Assembly (NCBI GenBank): GCA_043228905.1
Contig: JBHGNT010000004.1
Span: forward strand, 9,114,001 to 9,178,000
Direction of reading: 5' to 3'
Source: Azolla caroliniana
Lineage: Eukaryota > Plantae > Polypodiophyta
DNA length: 64,000 nt
Each line of letters starts with the position of its first letter. The first letter of the stretch is position 1. A program made the translations under genes and the position numbers. Below the pieces are notes generated by a model. The model saw nothing but the letters and a program-made list of their open reading frames with translations. It did no database searches and was not told where the DNA came from. Positions 35,726 to 48,033 of this stretch are shown piece by piece.

Positions 35726-36756
35726 CAGATTCGGTTTCGGTTGACGAAGCTCGGTTTGGAGTTGACTACGAACCTTGTTGGAGTGCAGCCGGTCGGCTCA
35801 CCCGATATCGTTCTAGTCGGATTTGAACCCGAGTCGGTTTGGTTTTAGATATATGTATTGTTGAACTTGCTCGAATTGACTCCGGTAACTCGAGGGACAG
35901 AACCGACTGGTCTTCCCGAATGTTACCGAGTCGGAGTGAGCCCGGTTCGCTTCCGAATATATATGCAAAATATCGATTATTGAAACCGATTGTTTGGACC
36001 GATTCTGCTTCGGGTGACTGCAGCGACGAGAGAGACGAATCCAATTGATCCTCCCGAATGTCGATCAGCCGGATGAGGCACGAATTGGGGTTGTTGTCTT
36101 GAGACCGATCTGCACCGAGTGGTTACAACGGGCGGCGAGCAGCGTTCGGTGACCTGTTCGGATGCCGTTTAACAGAGTGGAGCACGATCGTGTCAATGTT
36201 GCACAAGGGGATTTCACCTCGAGCGGTTACGATCACGAGGAACAGAGTACATCCGGTTGGCTTACTCCAAGCGAAGATGATCTAACACGATGAGATGCAA
36301 GCCTCGTTTTTTTTTCTTCTTCTCTCTTCTCTGTTTCTTCAAATACAAAACAAAAAAACAGAATGTTGTGATCCAAAGATTCGAATGGCGACCGGCAGCG
36401 GGATGAAGGACATCCAAGCTCTGATACCAGATGTAGGGAATGAACAAGGCCGTCAGTGCGGAAGAGATCACACAGTATGAATCTGTGAGGAAGAAATACC
36501 TGCGTATGAGAGAGGCAAGAACAAATTACGTACAGAGAGAGAGAGAGAGAGAGGCACAAAGAATATATCTATATTCATAAAGGGGCAACCGTTACAACAA
36601 TGAACAACCAACCTTTACAAAAGGTTACAAAGTCACTTTATATAGTGATTCACTTAGGGCAAATGCCCTTTATGTTTTTACAGAAATAGCCCAAACTTGG
36701 GCTCTCTAAGAGGATAGTGTGAATACGTCCATTATACATTTGTATTCGACAATAGG

Positions 36757-37051
36757 GTCCTCACCAGAGACTGGAACACCAACGTGAGTGACCATGTTCG
36801 GTCCTCACCGGAGACTGGAACACCAATGGACGTGAGCGACCATGTGCGGTCCTCACCGGAGACTGAAACACCAATGGACGTGAGCGACCATGTGCGGTCC
36901 TCACCGGGAACTAGAACACCAACGGACGTGAACGACCATGTGTGGTCCTCACCGAGAACGGGAACATGAATGGGTGTGAGAGACCATTTACGGTCCTCAC
37001 CGGAGATGCGAACACCAACGGACGTGAGTGACCATGTGTGGTTCTCACCGG
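36757..37051 (+). repeat. 48-bp satellite, block 3
   Basis: About six units; translates as repeated DVSDHVRSSPETGTP. Confidence 0.9.
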
Positions 37052-37688
37052 TAGCAATGGGCGTGGTTCGGTTCGGTTTCAAGGCAAAGAAACCGAACCG
37101 AAACCAAACCAAACCGTTTATTTAAAACAAAAACCAAACCAAACCGTTTATGAACTCTCAGTATTTAAACCAAACAATTTAAGAAAAAGTTGAAACCAAA
37201 ACATTTAAAACCAAACCGTTTAGGGAAAAGTTAAAACAAAACCTAATCATTTAATAAAAAATTTAAACCTAACCACTTAAATCAAACTAATTAAACATGT
37301 AAATAAACAAAAATACATTAAATTAAATAAACATTTAAGTTAAATTTATTAAATCAATAAAAGAAACTTTAATTGAACCATTGGATTAAATAAACATTCA
37401 AGTTAAATTAATTAAATCAATAAAAAACCATTAAATCAATAAACTATTAAGGTTAAAAAAAAGTTAACCAAAAACTTATAAACCTTTAAACCAAACCTAT
37501 AAACCTTTAAACCAAACCTATAAACCTATAAACTTGTGTTTTAGAACCGAACTGAACCGAACCGAAACCGAACTGTTTATCGAAAATCCAACCCAAACCA
37601 AACCATTAAATTTTTTTGGAACCAATAAACTGTTAAACCATGGCTTAACGGTTCGGTTCGGTTTGAGCCGAAACCGTGCCCATTGCTA
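37052..37688. mobile_element. hAT-type non-autonomous element (MITE)
   Basis: TIR TAGCAATGGGC...GCCCATTGCTA, 8-bp TSD CTCACCGG (37044-37051, 37689-37696), subterminal AACCG/AAACC motifs, AT-rich core. Confidence 0.92.
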
Positions 37689-37899
37689 CTCACCGGAGAC
37701 ACGAACACCAACAGACGTGAGCGACCATGTGCAATCCTCACTGAGAACTGGAACAGTTGACGTCAATGAAAGGTTAGGAAGAGTAGTGTTGATGACGACA
37801 CCAAGAGGTGTTGAAGATGATGATGTCGAAGATGAAGCAATGAACACAATGATGTTGAGGAAGTGTCTCTGGAACCAATGACTGTGACTATGGCAATGA

Positions 37900-38260
37900 T
37901 GGAAACAAAGAAATAGATGAAGAGGATAAGAAACATAGAGATTGAGATGTTGAGGGTAAAAAGAAACACAAAGAAAAAGATATAGAGGATGATAGAAAAC
38001 ACAGTGACATGGACGAAGATGATAAGAAAAACATAGATAGGGATGGTGATGGTAAGAAACACATAGATAGAGATGAAAATGGCAGGAAACACAGTGAGAA
38101 GGATGATAATGACAAAAAATGCAGAGATAGGGATGTGGAAGATGATAAGAAGCCCAAAGATAGGGATGATCATGATAAGAAACTAAAAGACAGAGACAAC
38201 GATGAGAATAAACTAGGAGATAACGATGGCGAGGAAGATAGGAAACGAAGGGATGTTGAT
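37900..38260 (+). repeat. Degenerate ~30-bp purine-rich tandem repeat in the element F interior
   Basis: Repeated 10-aa KHIDRDxDxK-like units in ORF 38009-38401. Confidence 0.65.
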
Positions 38261-38577
38261 GACGGTAACTCTGGAAGCAAGGAGGTGACGATGGTAACTC
38301 TAGAAGCAAGGGCGATGACGAAGACGGGTGATGGTTCTAGTTGGGAGGGATTCAAACTGTCACGGACACACCAAGCACGGACTAGGACGGAGCACAGATG
38401 ATGGGGCTACGAGCGACGGATGAACTTGGAGCTAGATGTGATGAGGCTAAGAACTCTAGATGTTGTGAATGACATGAGGGCATGAAGACAGAAATAAGGA
38501 CCAAGGTGACAAAGATGAGGCGAAACAAGAATACTAGATTGATGTGTCAATGAGCGACCGTGTACGGTCCTCACCGG

Positions 38578-39669
38578 TGTCGTGACGTGGCTTGCCTAGA
38601 AGCGTAGCGTTGCGCACACAAATGATAACGTGAAAGTGAGGAAGGAATCACTAGGATTATGGACAGAAGAGACGAAAGAGTAGAGATGGAGTGAATAGAG
38701 ATCAATAAGATATGACAAAATAGGATTTTTAAGGAATATAAGATAAGACAAGATAAGATATAAAATAATATATGAGAAAGTGTATGAAATTTATAATCAT
38801 TTTCATGAAAGAGTTACAAAATGATTGTGCACGTCGTTGAACCTCCGAACTTTGTCTTGCAAGGTAATTGCTCTTCTCTTTCTTGATCATAGACCACTAC
38901 AATCTTCACTTCAATATTTTGATGAAGATAACGCTCGAACCGCCTCCCTCTTGTTGAGAGTTGACCACCACGACCGCCAAGCTAGAGCTCCACCTTTATG
39001 TTAAACTTCTTCCCTTCTTTATCTATTTTTATGTATCTCTTATGTAATACATAATTTGATTGATATCTCATACATATCCCCCTTTGATCTTCTCTTTCAC
39101 CCTTTAAATAGGTGCCCCCATGCATATGATGCATTGGAGGGTACAAGACATGCATGTGATGCATGATAAACATCTCGCTCATTTGAGCTTTTATGTATGA
39201 AACAATATATGCAATAACAATAAACATGAAAATATAATCTTAAAAAGAAAGGACCTAGCCTAATGGTAGGTTTGCTGACTTTGGTGTATGAGGTTGTGGG
39301 TTCAAGTCTCAAAATACTATTGAATACAACATACAACTTTATTTTTATATCATGAAGCAAATCCTTTATGTAATATAAATTATATATAAAGTATGCTTTA
39401 TTTTATATATATTATTAATATAGAGTAAATGGTAAGATTTGAGAGTCATAGGGTGGGGTTATTGGTTCAAGTCCTCTCTTGTTCATGTAATATAATATAG
39501 CTATCTATCTATATATATATTATCTGCCTCTACGTATAATATATAATATTATCATAGTGTGTTGTTAATATTATCTTTATATATAAACCATTATCAAGAT
39601 TTATTTTATTTTAGTTACGTATTTATCTTATTGTAGACTTTTAATGTGAAGCTTTCGTACTTCACGACA
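38578..39669 (-). mobile_element. Solo LTR related to the C/D gypsy family
   Basis: Termini TGTCGTGA...TCACGACA, 4-bp TSD CCGG, tRNA-like cassettes as in the C/D LTRs; orientation inferred. Confidence 0.75.
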
Positions 39670-39955
39670 CCGGAGACAGGAACACCAACCTGAGTGACTA
39701 TGTCCGGTCCTCATCGGAGATTGGAACTCCAACGGACGTGAGCGACCATGTGCGGTCCTCACTGGGAACTGGAACACCAACGGACGTGAGTGACCATGTG
39801 CGGTCCTCACCAGAGACACGAACACCAACAGATGTGAGCGACCATATGCGGTCCTCACCGGGAACTGGAACACCAACGGGTGTGAGCCACTATGTACGGT
39901 CCTCAACAGAGACACGAACACCAATGGGTGTGAGAGAGCATATATGGTCCTTATC
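39670..39955 (+). repeat. 48-bp satellite, last block
   Basis: About six units. Confidence 0.9.
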
Positions 39956-40306
39956 GGTCGGTCGTAGCCTTGTCATCCCTACTTTGTCGTAGTCTAGCGT
40001 TGGTGTGTCCGTGACAGTTTGAATCCCTTGATAGGGACATGGAGGTTACAAGTTTTATATTGTGAGTCGAAGTACATGCATTAGAATATTCTGGAGAATA
40101 TTCTTCATTCCTCTAGAACCTTCTCGTTCTAGAACTTTCTAAAAATTCCTAGAACTTGAAATAGATAATCTACTAATAATATATGTAGATGTACATAACA
40201 TGAACATGTATTTGGATGTATTGGTTAGAACATAACACTTGACTATAACACAAGTGGTCAAGAGTTCAAATCTTGACATGACTATTGTCACGTCTGTGAC
40301 AGTCGG

Positions 40307-41771
40307 CTCGACATTGCCGACAAACAATAAGCTCGGCGAAAACCAATGTCGAAAAACGAAAGTGGAGAAACCTGAGATGAGCAAAATCCCATATGCCTTA
40401 GGACTCGGAAGCTTAATCTATGTAATGGTATGCACCAGGCCAGACATTGCCTATGTTGTCGGGATGGTCAGCTCATTCATGAGCAATCCTCCCAAGGAAC
40501 CTATGTTATCGGGATGGTCAGCTCATTCATGAGCAATCCTCCCAAGGAACATTGGGCGGCGGTTAAGTGGATACTCAAATACTTGAGAGACACCTCAAGT
40601 CTATGTCTCATATACGGCTAAGGTAACCTCGTGTTGATTGATGTTGATACCAACCGGTTCACGTTTGGGTATGTGATGACATATGTAGGGGGCACCGTCT
40701 CTTGGTAGTCGAGGTTCAAGAAGGTTGTGGCTTTGTTGAACACAGAAGTTAAGTATATGGTTGTTGTTGAAGATGTCAAGGAAATCATATGGATGAGAGA
40801 TCTCATCAGTGAATTAGGAATGAAACAAGAACAATTCCTATTGCACGATGACAATCAAAGTACCATCCACCTTGCTAGGAATGCCGCCTACCACTCTAGA
40901 ACTAAGCATATCCAGCGTATACATCAATGGCCTGGAGAGAGGATAGATGAAAGGTATTTCACCCTTGTAAAGATTCACACGGATGAGAATGGATCAGCCA
41001 TGCTGATGAAGGTGCTACCAATGGTCAAGCTAAATACATGCTGATAGAGAGTAGGTTTGTTGAATTACCGCATCTTGGAGTGAAGGGGGAGTTTGTTGGG
41101 ATAACTGGTCCCTTAGGATAGGATGTGCAAGAAAGTTGGGTCGGGACGAGGAGCCGGATCATCCGGAAGACATCCGGGCGGATTTGGACAAGTAGTCGGC
41201 TAGCAGCTGACCTGTCGGGGCAAGAAGCCTAATACAAGATATCATTTAGATCGACTAATAGTCGATCAGCTAAGGGTCAACCACAAGCTGATCAGTCCAG
41301 AGAAGAGCTAGATATGGGAACAAGATGAAGACTGACTTAGAACCGACCGAGCCGGCTTATCAACTGAGAGATGAATTGGATGAAGGCCGATTAAGATTTG
41401 GAAACTGATTAGGCCATAGCCGATTAGAGGCTAAATTTGTAAATAGCCCATACTTGTGTATAAGTATAAATACACCAAGGGAAAATCATTATGTTTGTGC
41501 ATGAGGACATTATTAGAGAGCGAGTTGTAAACATTGTGTGCTAAGTAAGACTAAGACGAGGTCGAGGTCATTGCCTGTGAGTCTCTTGTATACTCATCTA
41601 CATAGTGATTCTATTTGGAGTCTATGGGCTCCCGTGGTTTTTCTCATTTAGGGTTTCCATAAAATCTCGTGTCTTGGTGTCTATGTTCTTTAGAATCTGT
41701 TTTCGTTTTTCGTCTACTGTCCTTCTAGATTTGCTTAATGACTGGTTAAGGCCGGTTCCATATTCCCTACA
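40307..41771 (+). mobile_element. Degenerate copia E, right part (RT end, RNase H, PPT, 3' LTR ~41094-41771)
   Basis: VCTRPDIAY, HSRTKHIQR; PPT GAAGGGGGAG followed by TGTTGGG; LTR end resembles B (...CCCTACA). Confidence 0.82.
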
Positions 41772-42577
41772 CATCGAACCCCGGTCAATGATGGGGCAAC
41801 ACACCTCCCAAAGGCCCACTGACACAATGGTGCTCAATGATGGACCACCAAAGTCTTGACTGCTCCTACCAAGAGACATTGCAAGAACTCAAAGTTGTCG
41901 AACATGAAATAGAGTTGTGGACCACACAACTAACAAAAGGTAGGCAAGGACAATCAATGGTGAACAACATCAAAGCAACACTTTCCAAGGGAAAAATAGC
42001 TTATGCAAATATCTAACAAAGACTCATACTTCTGAAATAGCCTCATTAGTCCATGGACCCATGTCACCATCTTTCCACCAAACTAGAAACCAAATTTTGA
42101 GACAAACGAGGTTCATACCCCCTATATTAGTTTTTGTAGAACATCCCCATCACCCTTTGCCATCTATGTCCTGCCTACATGGCCAACAAGAAACTTCAAG
42201 GAGTTCTTCACAACCACATCTAAGATGTAGGAGTGTCCTCCATCCTCCGTCCTCCTTCCCCCGATCCCCCTCCTTCACAACCAGCACATCACCCCAATTC
42301 CTTGCACTCCTTGTGTTGTGCACTTGGGACCATGCAGTCATTAGGTTGGGGGGGATGTTAAATATTGGACATCTAGGACAGAAGTTAAGAAGACACAAGC
42401 TTGTAGCAAAACGACTACCCTAATGTGAAAGGAACTGAACCACACTATAAAAATCTATAAAAGATCACTCTTTAGTGACTTTTTGAGTGCTTCTTCAATA
42501 AGAAGTGGCATGTTATGTATCTCTTTATTTTCTTAACGCAACGGAGAGTGAGTAAAAGCTCGAGGGTGACCAATAAC

Positions 42578-43132
42578 TATTGAGAAATTGATGCGGAATA
42601 TAAATCACAATGAACAAACAATGTTGAAATACGAATTACAAAAATGCCAGAAAGAAAAGACAAGATAAACAATGATGCACAGAGATTTATGTGGAAACCC
42701 TAAATCGAGGAAAACCACGAGTGAACAGATTTCTTCACTATACAAAGTGGATATACAACACCGAGAGGAATACAACACTCTATCGAGTGCATCAGCCGCA
42801 TAGGGCTCTTCGCGTCTGCCGTTACTCACACAGCTATGGCGCGGCTCACACTTCTCTCTCTTACACTCTCTGTCTCGCTAACACACTACAACTTCTGTAC
42901 ACATCATAAAGTTTGCCCTAGTTGCATATATACTTACGCAACTTCTTGGTTATTTACATACGTAGCCCTCGTGGAGTGCACACTCAGACTATTTACAAGT
43001 ATAGTCTCCCGAGTTGGCTATTTACATGATTCCGGTTTCGGCCTCGACTGAGTCGCTCATCAACTCGGCTCCTCGACTGTTGGCTTTCTGGACAATCGGA
43101 TCTTTCTACCACTGGAGGGACATATCCCAACA
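42578..43132 (-). mobile_element. Solo LTR of the copia A/B/E type
   Basis: TSD ATAAC on both sides (42573-42577, 43133-43137); TGTTGGGA start on the minus strand; GGAAACCCTAAA..GAAAACCACG motif shared with the A LTR. Confidence 0.8.
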
Positions 43133-43786
43133 ATAACCACTCTCACACTATTTGCTACCAAAAGGGTAAATGTTGGTATGGATCCAGGGACGAATGATAT
43201 TGATGGGAGGAAGAACTTCATCGATCTATAGACATGCCCGGTGTTGTGCACACAGAAACCACACAAGCTAATAGCTAAGTAGCTAAGACACCATGTTGAT
43301 ATACAAATTAGCTAAGCGACAACATTTCATAGCTAATTAGGTAGGCATCCACTACTAGTAGCTAATTAGCTAAGATTGAATTAGCTTGGTATAAGCTCTA
43401 TCTAGGCCTCATGTATAGAGGAATCTGGTGATGCATCATGAAGCAAGTGTGTTGCATCCCATCTACCAAACCATTTTTCCATATCTTGCATCCAACCATA
43501 TCTTACACAATTTTGTCTAATGCGTCTTTGGAATATTTTTTCTTGCTTCCCATGCGATTCTAGGAAGTTGATGTGAGGGACTTTTTGAACCTTAAGCATG
43601 TATTCAATAACCCTTTCAATGGCTATGTTCTCAATGGGAACTGATCATGTCTCAAGTAGGAGGAGGATGTACATTCCATTTGTTTCTTAACTTGTATAAA
43701 CTTTGTAAGAAAATGCTTTTGGACATTTTAAAACTCTTTCCAAGTAAATTTAGGGATGTTACTACCCCATACTTCCACCCCGTAAA

Positions 43787-43802
43787 GAGAGAGAGAGAGA
43801 GA

Positions 43803-43837
<35 letters not shown>
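43787..43837. repeat. Compound (GA)n(CA)n microsatellite
   Basis: Direct inspection. Confidence 0.95.
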
Positions 43838-43840
<3 letters not shown>

Positions 43841-45393
43841 GAGACTTTTAAGGGCTCCCCCTTTTCATTTATTTGAATATTTATTAAAACAATTTGGAGT
43901 GACATTTAGTGTCTTCTCTTAAATGTGATGTTTAACATGATCTTTTATATGCGGCATTTAGTGAAACACGAGTGACAACATGAACATAAGCTTAATGTTG
44001 TGTTTCCACGACATTATACCCCTTCCTATAATTGTGTGAGTAGCTTCTCAAATTGTAGAGTTTGTAAGAACCCTATCTCTCCTTTATGCTCCTCATTGCT
44101 TAGTCACGCCCTCATGAGATTTCTTAGAAGGAAGAGGAGGGTTGAAATGGTTATTGGTAAATAATCAAATGGCTCCATGTTTAGTTGAAATGTATGTATG
44201 TGTGTACATTGTACATATGCATGCATGCATACATAATGTACATTGTATGTATACGGAATGAATGGATGCATATATATGGGTATGGGTATGAAATGTATGC
44301 ATGTGTATGCATGTATATGTGTGTGTTTTTATGATTGTGATTGTGATTGTGAATGTATTTGTATGTTTGTATCTTACATGTGTATAGGTCATGTGGAAGA
44401 TGAGGGTTCGATGTATGATCACACTCTATATGGTCAATGGCAAGGAATTGGGTTCATCAATATTTTGTTTTCAAAGATTTTAAAATGCATATAAATTCAA
44501 CATGTGATGTTATGTGCCAAGGTTAGCTTGCTTGTTTTTAGGGAAGTTGACACTATGCTAAGGTTACCTTACATTGTAGTGCAATGGGGCACCCAATGGG
44601 TTTTGTGTTAAGATCAATGTAATATTGCATAGATACTATATTTAGAATCAATCCATTAGAGTATTCATTCATATCTACATGATTGCATGATTTTCAAAGA
44701 AAACATTATTTTATGGAGTGAGAAGCTTATCCTAAAGAATACAAAATAATATCATTTGTCTCCTATTGCACAATGCTTTTTACAAACAAAATACGTTGAC
44801 ATTCTATTTTAGAATCAAATATTTCCCGTTTACTAATGGGCACCAATTATCATTCGTATTAAAGCTATTAAAATTCGTGAGTGTTGATTTTGTTTGTTTG
44901 ATCTAGAAACCAAAGCAAACGATGAAATGAAATCTATTTGTATGTTCAAGGATCCATGATCCAATGTCTAATATATTATTACCTTAGGAATTTGGATGAA
45001 TATCGCTTTAAGAACATGCCTCACGGTATTTTTGCTAACACTTTTATTAACATTGTATATATGTATGTATTGTGATACCATTGACTTTTGAAAATGAATT
45101 TTGAAACGATTAATGTCAAAGGGGGGGGGTTGATCCGAGTGGCATGAAGGCCTAATTATTTATTATGCAGTTATGGGTAGTACTACTAGAAGGAATATGC
45201 GGAAGGTGCTCTAATGATGTAGAAATCTAGTAGTACATGTAGTACAAGAGAGGAATAATGGAGGCCCAAACACACACACCCTTAAACACACCACTATTTA
45301 TACACGTTGCAGCTCACACACACTCCGTATCCAAACCCAAGCGAGTGTAGTGCGCATTCAGAGAAACACACAAACACAAACACACACACAACA

Positions 45394-46593
45394 ATGGCTT
45401 CTGTTGCTCATGCACTCATGTCTCTCATCAGAATGGTGATGGTGGCTTGCTTCTTCTTCGTTGTCTGTGTGCAAGCCCATCCTCAGCATGGCTTCTGCAC
45501 CAGGACGCATGGCACCACCAAGGGCTGCCCCACACCCCCAACCTTCGACGCCATCAACCTCACCGCCTTCACGGGCAGTTGGTTCCAGATCGGTATCAGC
45601 GCCAGGTCCCAGTTCATGGACCAACCCGGCTCCGTTTGCGCCCGCGCCAAGTACGAGCTAACGGGCCACTCCCCTTCACACCAAACCCTCTTCTCCGTCC
45701 TCAACAGTGCCCTCTCCATCCTCCGCCCCGCTGGTGTGGCTGACATCTATTATGCCGGTACCACCTCCTTCGGCGTCTGTAACTCTGCCCGAAGCTCATG
45801 CCACGTCATCGGCCACATCAATGACCATGCTCTTGAATTGCTCAAGGATCACCCCGCATTGTTGAAGAACGTGACGGACGCCGCTAAAATCGGAGAGGCA
45901 GCGCTAGATTCTGCGGCCGGGAGGATCGGCCACATTCAAGGCTATCTCAACCAGTTGAGTCAAGCCAATTACACGGTAAGTCTAGCAAACACCACAGAGA
46001 AGATGGAGATAAATGCAGAAAACCTGAAGGCGGAGGACGCCGGAGCTTTGCGGCTTGCAGGGAAGCTTCTGGAGGATGCGGGGAGGAAGATCGAGGCAAT
46101 GCCATCAATGAAGGCGGTGGGGAAGAAGATAAGGCTAGCAGGGAAAGAGCTAGTGCAGAGTGCAAAGAATATCGAGAAGGGCGCGATACAACTGCGGAAG
46201 AGGGCACGGTCGCTGGCCAAAGGCAACGGTAAAGCGATCACGGTGGAACAAGGCGCCAAAGCGTACAAGGTGGAAGGTGAGGGAGTGCAGATTAAGGGAG
46301 GGAAGCTACAGGTGAAATTGAAGGGGGAAGTGATTATGAAGCCATATTGGGTGCTGGCGGTGGACAGCCACAATGAAGCAGCACTCGTGTACTCGTGCAT
46401 GAATGACAGCGATGGCAACATAGCGGAGAAATCCATCTTCATCATCGCCCGGTCGTGGAAACCTGACCCTTCTGTTGTGCAAGGCTTCCTGTCGCTCGCT
46501 CAGTCATATGGCATCTCTTCTGATTGTGAGGATTCATTCTCCATGACCGTCCAGCGCGGTGGCTCATGCGGCCTTCCTCCCCATTCCATGTAA
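45394..46593 (+). CDS. Secreted lipocalin-like protein with a large helical insertion, copy 1 (399 aa, intronless)
   Basis: ACAATGG start context; hydrophobic signal peptide; FTGSWFQIG (SCR1), CARAKY, PYWVLAVDS..AALVYSC (SCR2-like), IFIIAR (SCR3). Confidence 0.8.
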   Translation: MASVAHALMSLIRMVMVACFFFVVCVQAHPQHGFCTRTHGTTKGCPTPPTFDAINLTAFTGSWFQIGISARSQFMDQPGSVCARAKYELTGHSPSHQTLFSVLNSALSILRPAGVADIYYAGTTSFGVCNSARSSCHVIGHINDHALELLKDHPALLKNVTDAAKIGEAALDSAAGRIGHIQGYLNQLSQANYTVSLANTTEKMEINAENLKAEDAGALRLAGKLLEDAGRKIEAMPSMKAVGKKIRLAGKELVQSAKNIEKGAIQLRKRARSLAKGNGKAITVEQGAKAYKVEGEGVQIKGGKLQVKLKGEVIMKPYWVLAVDSHNEAALVYSCMNDSDGNIAEKSIFIIARSWKPDPSVVQGFLSLAQSYGISSDCEDSFSMTVQRGGSCGLPPHSM

Positions 46594-46642
46594 TGTAGAA
46601 GGAAGAAGAAGGAATGAAGTTCTCCTTCTCCTCATGGCATTC

Positions 46643-46674
<32 letters not shown>

Positions 46675-47054
46675 TGGTGACCGGCTCCTTTGTTCCCTTT
46701 TGAACACTGTATAACGTTGCGATTCCTAACTCATAAGCTCAATAATTTCATACTAGTCTCCGCATCGCATCCCACACTGCTTTTGTATCAATAAATGTCA
46801 TGTTTCCTTTGCTATCTCTGGGCGTTATCATCTCTAACTTTAATTGTTCTGTTATTGGAATTCTTGGAGACACAACCAGGTATCTAGATTGAGAAACAAC
46901 GAGATATAGATCCCTGAAAGACGCAGCCACAACATCAAAACGCCTAATTCCACATTTGTTATGCTGGATTCTCATTAATCACTGTGCGCATTCATTGAAA
47001 TAACAGCTTCCTTTTACACAAGCTCATCAATCTTCTGTAATTCAATAAATTCAT

Positions 47055-48033
47055 GTCACGGTCCATGGAGCTAATCTCCTAAGGAAATTTTTAAGGACAG
47101 GTACAATATCTCCTTGACATTGTTGCTCATCCGGGGATATTAGTCAACTTTGGGATATAAATCATGAATCTAGACTACTTAGTCGTATCAGGCTTAATGG
47201 CATGCCCTGAATCTGATATCTAATGGATCGGTACCACAGTTCTTGATGCAACGGGATTTAGGGTTAGTTCTTGTGTCAAGACATAGAAGAAGACCCCCCA
47301 AGAAGAAGGGTTAGGGTTTGGAATTTGCTAAAGGTTGGCTGCTAACGATTTGTTGAGTATGAAGAGAACGAAGAGAGAAATTAGGGTTTGATGGGATCTA
47401 AGGTACTTGAAGGCTTTAATGTGGACAATATAAGGAAGGGAAATTTTGACCATTACTATTAGGTTGTGGTGAAGTAGGAAGGCTTGCTTCGCAATTAGAA
47501 CTATTACCAATTCCACGCAAGCCGTGGCAATCCATTGCCCTAGATTTCATCACAGATCTTCCGGTCTCTAAGGGATCCGATGCTATCTTAACAATAGTAG
47601 ATCAATATACGAAGATGGCCCATATTTTGCCATGTACTAAGGAAATCTCTAGTGAGGAAACCACCGAAACTGTCATGCGTGAAGTATGTTAGCATCATGG
47701 CCTTCCTGATAGTATCATTAGCGACTGTGGACCCCAGTTCGTCTCGAAATTCTGGAAGCACCTCTTTAAAATGCTCAAGGTCAGCTATCATCAAGATGAT
47801 TGGGCGGATATTCTCCACTTCCCTGAATTTGTGTATAATAACTCTGTCCACTTATCGACAAAGGTTACACCATTTTATGCTTATACGGGCTGTCACCCCC
47901 GGTGGTGTGTATTTGAAACCCTAGAGTTATCCACAAATCCTTGTGCAGAGGATCGTTTGGAGCGGTTACGCAAGATACAAGCGGATTTATCTACTCATCT
48001 ATAGCAAGCTCAACAAACACACAAGGTTTACGC
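47055..48033 (+). mobile_element. Degenerate Tcn1-like gypsy fragment (LTR-like start plus integrase remnant)
   Basis: TGTCAC start; HGLPDSIISD..PQFVSKFW and QDDWADILHFPEFVYNNSVH-like remnants. Confidence 0.65.

Larger units (their letters stand above)
27677..36751 (-). mobile_element. Ty1/copia element G with element D nested in its 3' LTR
   Basis: 5' LTR 36432-36751; PBS 36418-36429 (iMet); 3' LTR 27677-27750 plus 31241-31505; PPT complement CTCCCCC; flanks GTACG/ATAGG (imperfect TSD). Confidence 0.9.
14742..40301 (-). mobile_element. Non-autonomous Tcn1/Tf1-like LTR element F, host of a 48-bp satellite and of nested elements B, C, D, G, a hAT MITE and a solo LTR
   Basis: 3' LTR 14742-15196 (TGTCAC...GTGACA) with adjacent PPT complement TTATCCTCCCCT; the same LTR end at 40021-40301; flanks GTTGG/GTCGG (5-bp TSD, 1 mismatch); copia E RT resumes at 40307. 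Confidence 0.75.

Noticed and set aside
37686-38401. His/Cys-rich and hydrophobic ORFs of 130-207 aa
   Set aside because: Translations of a low-complexity purine-rich repeat with no recognisable domain.
44165-44494. ORFs in the ATGT/GT-rich tract
   Set aside because: Low-complexity simple-repeat sequence.
45307-45393. Upstream TTG starts of the lipocalin-like ORFs (also 52342-52392)
   Set aside because: Non-ATG, CA-repeat leader not conserved between copies; the ACAATGG start precedes the signal peptide in both.
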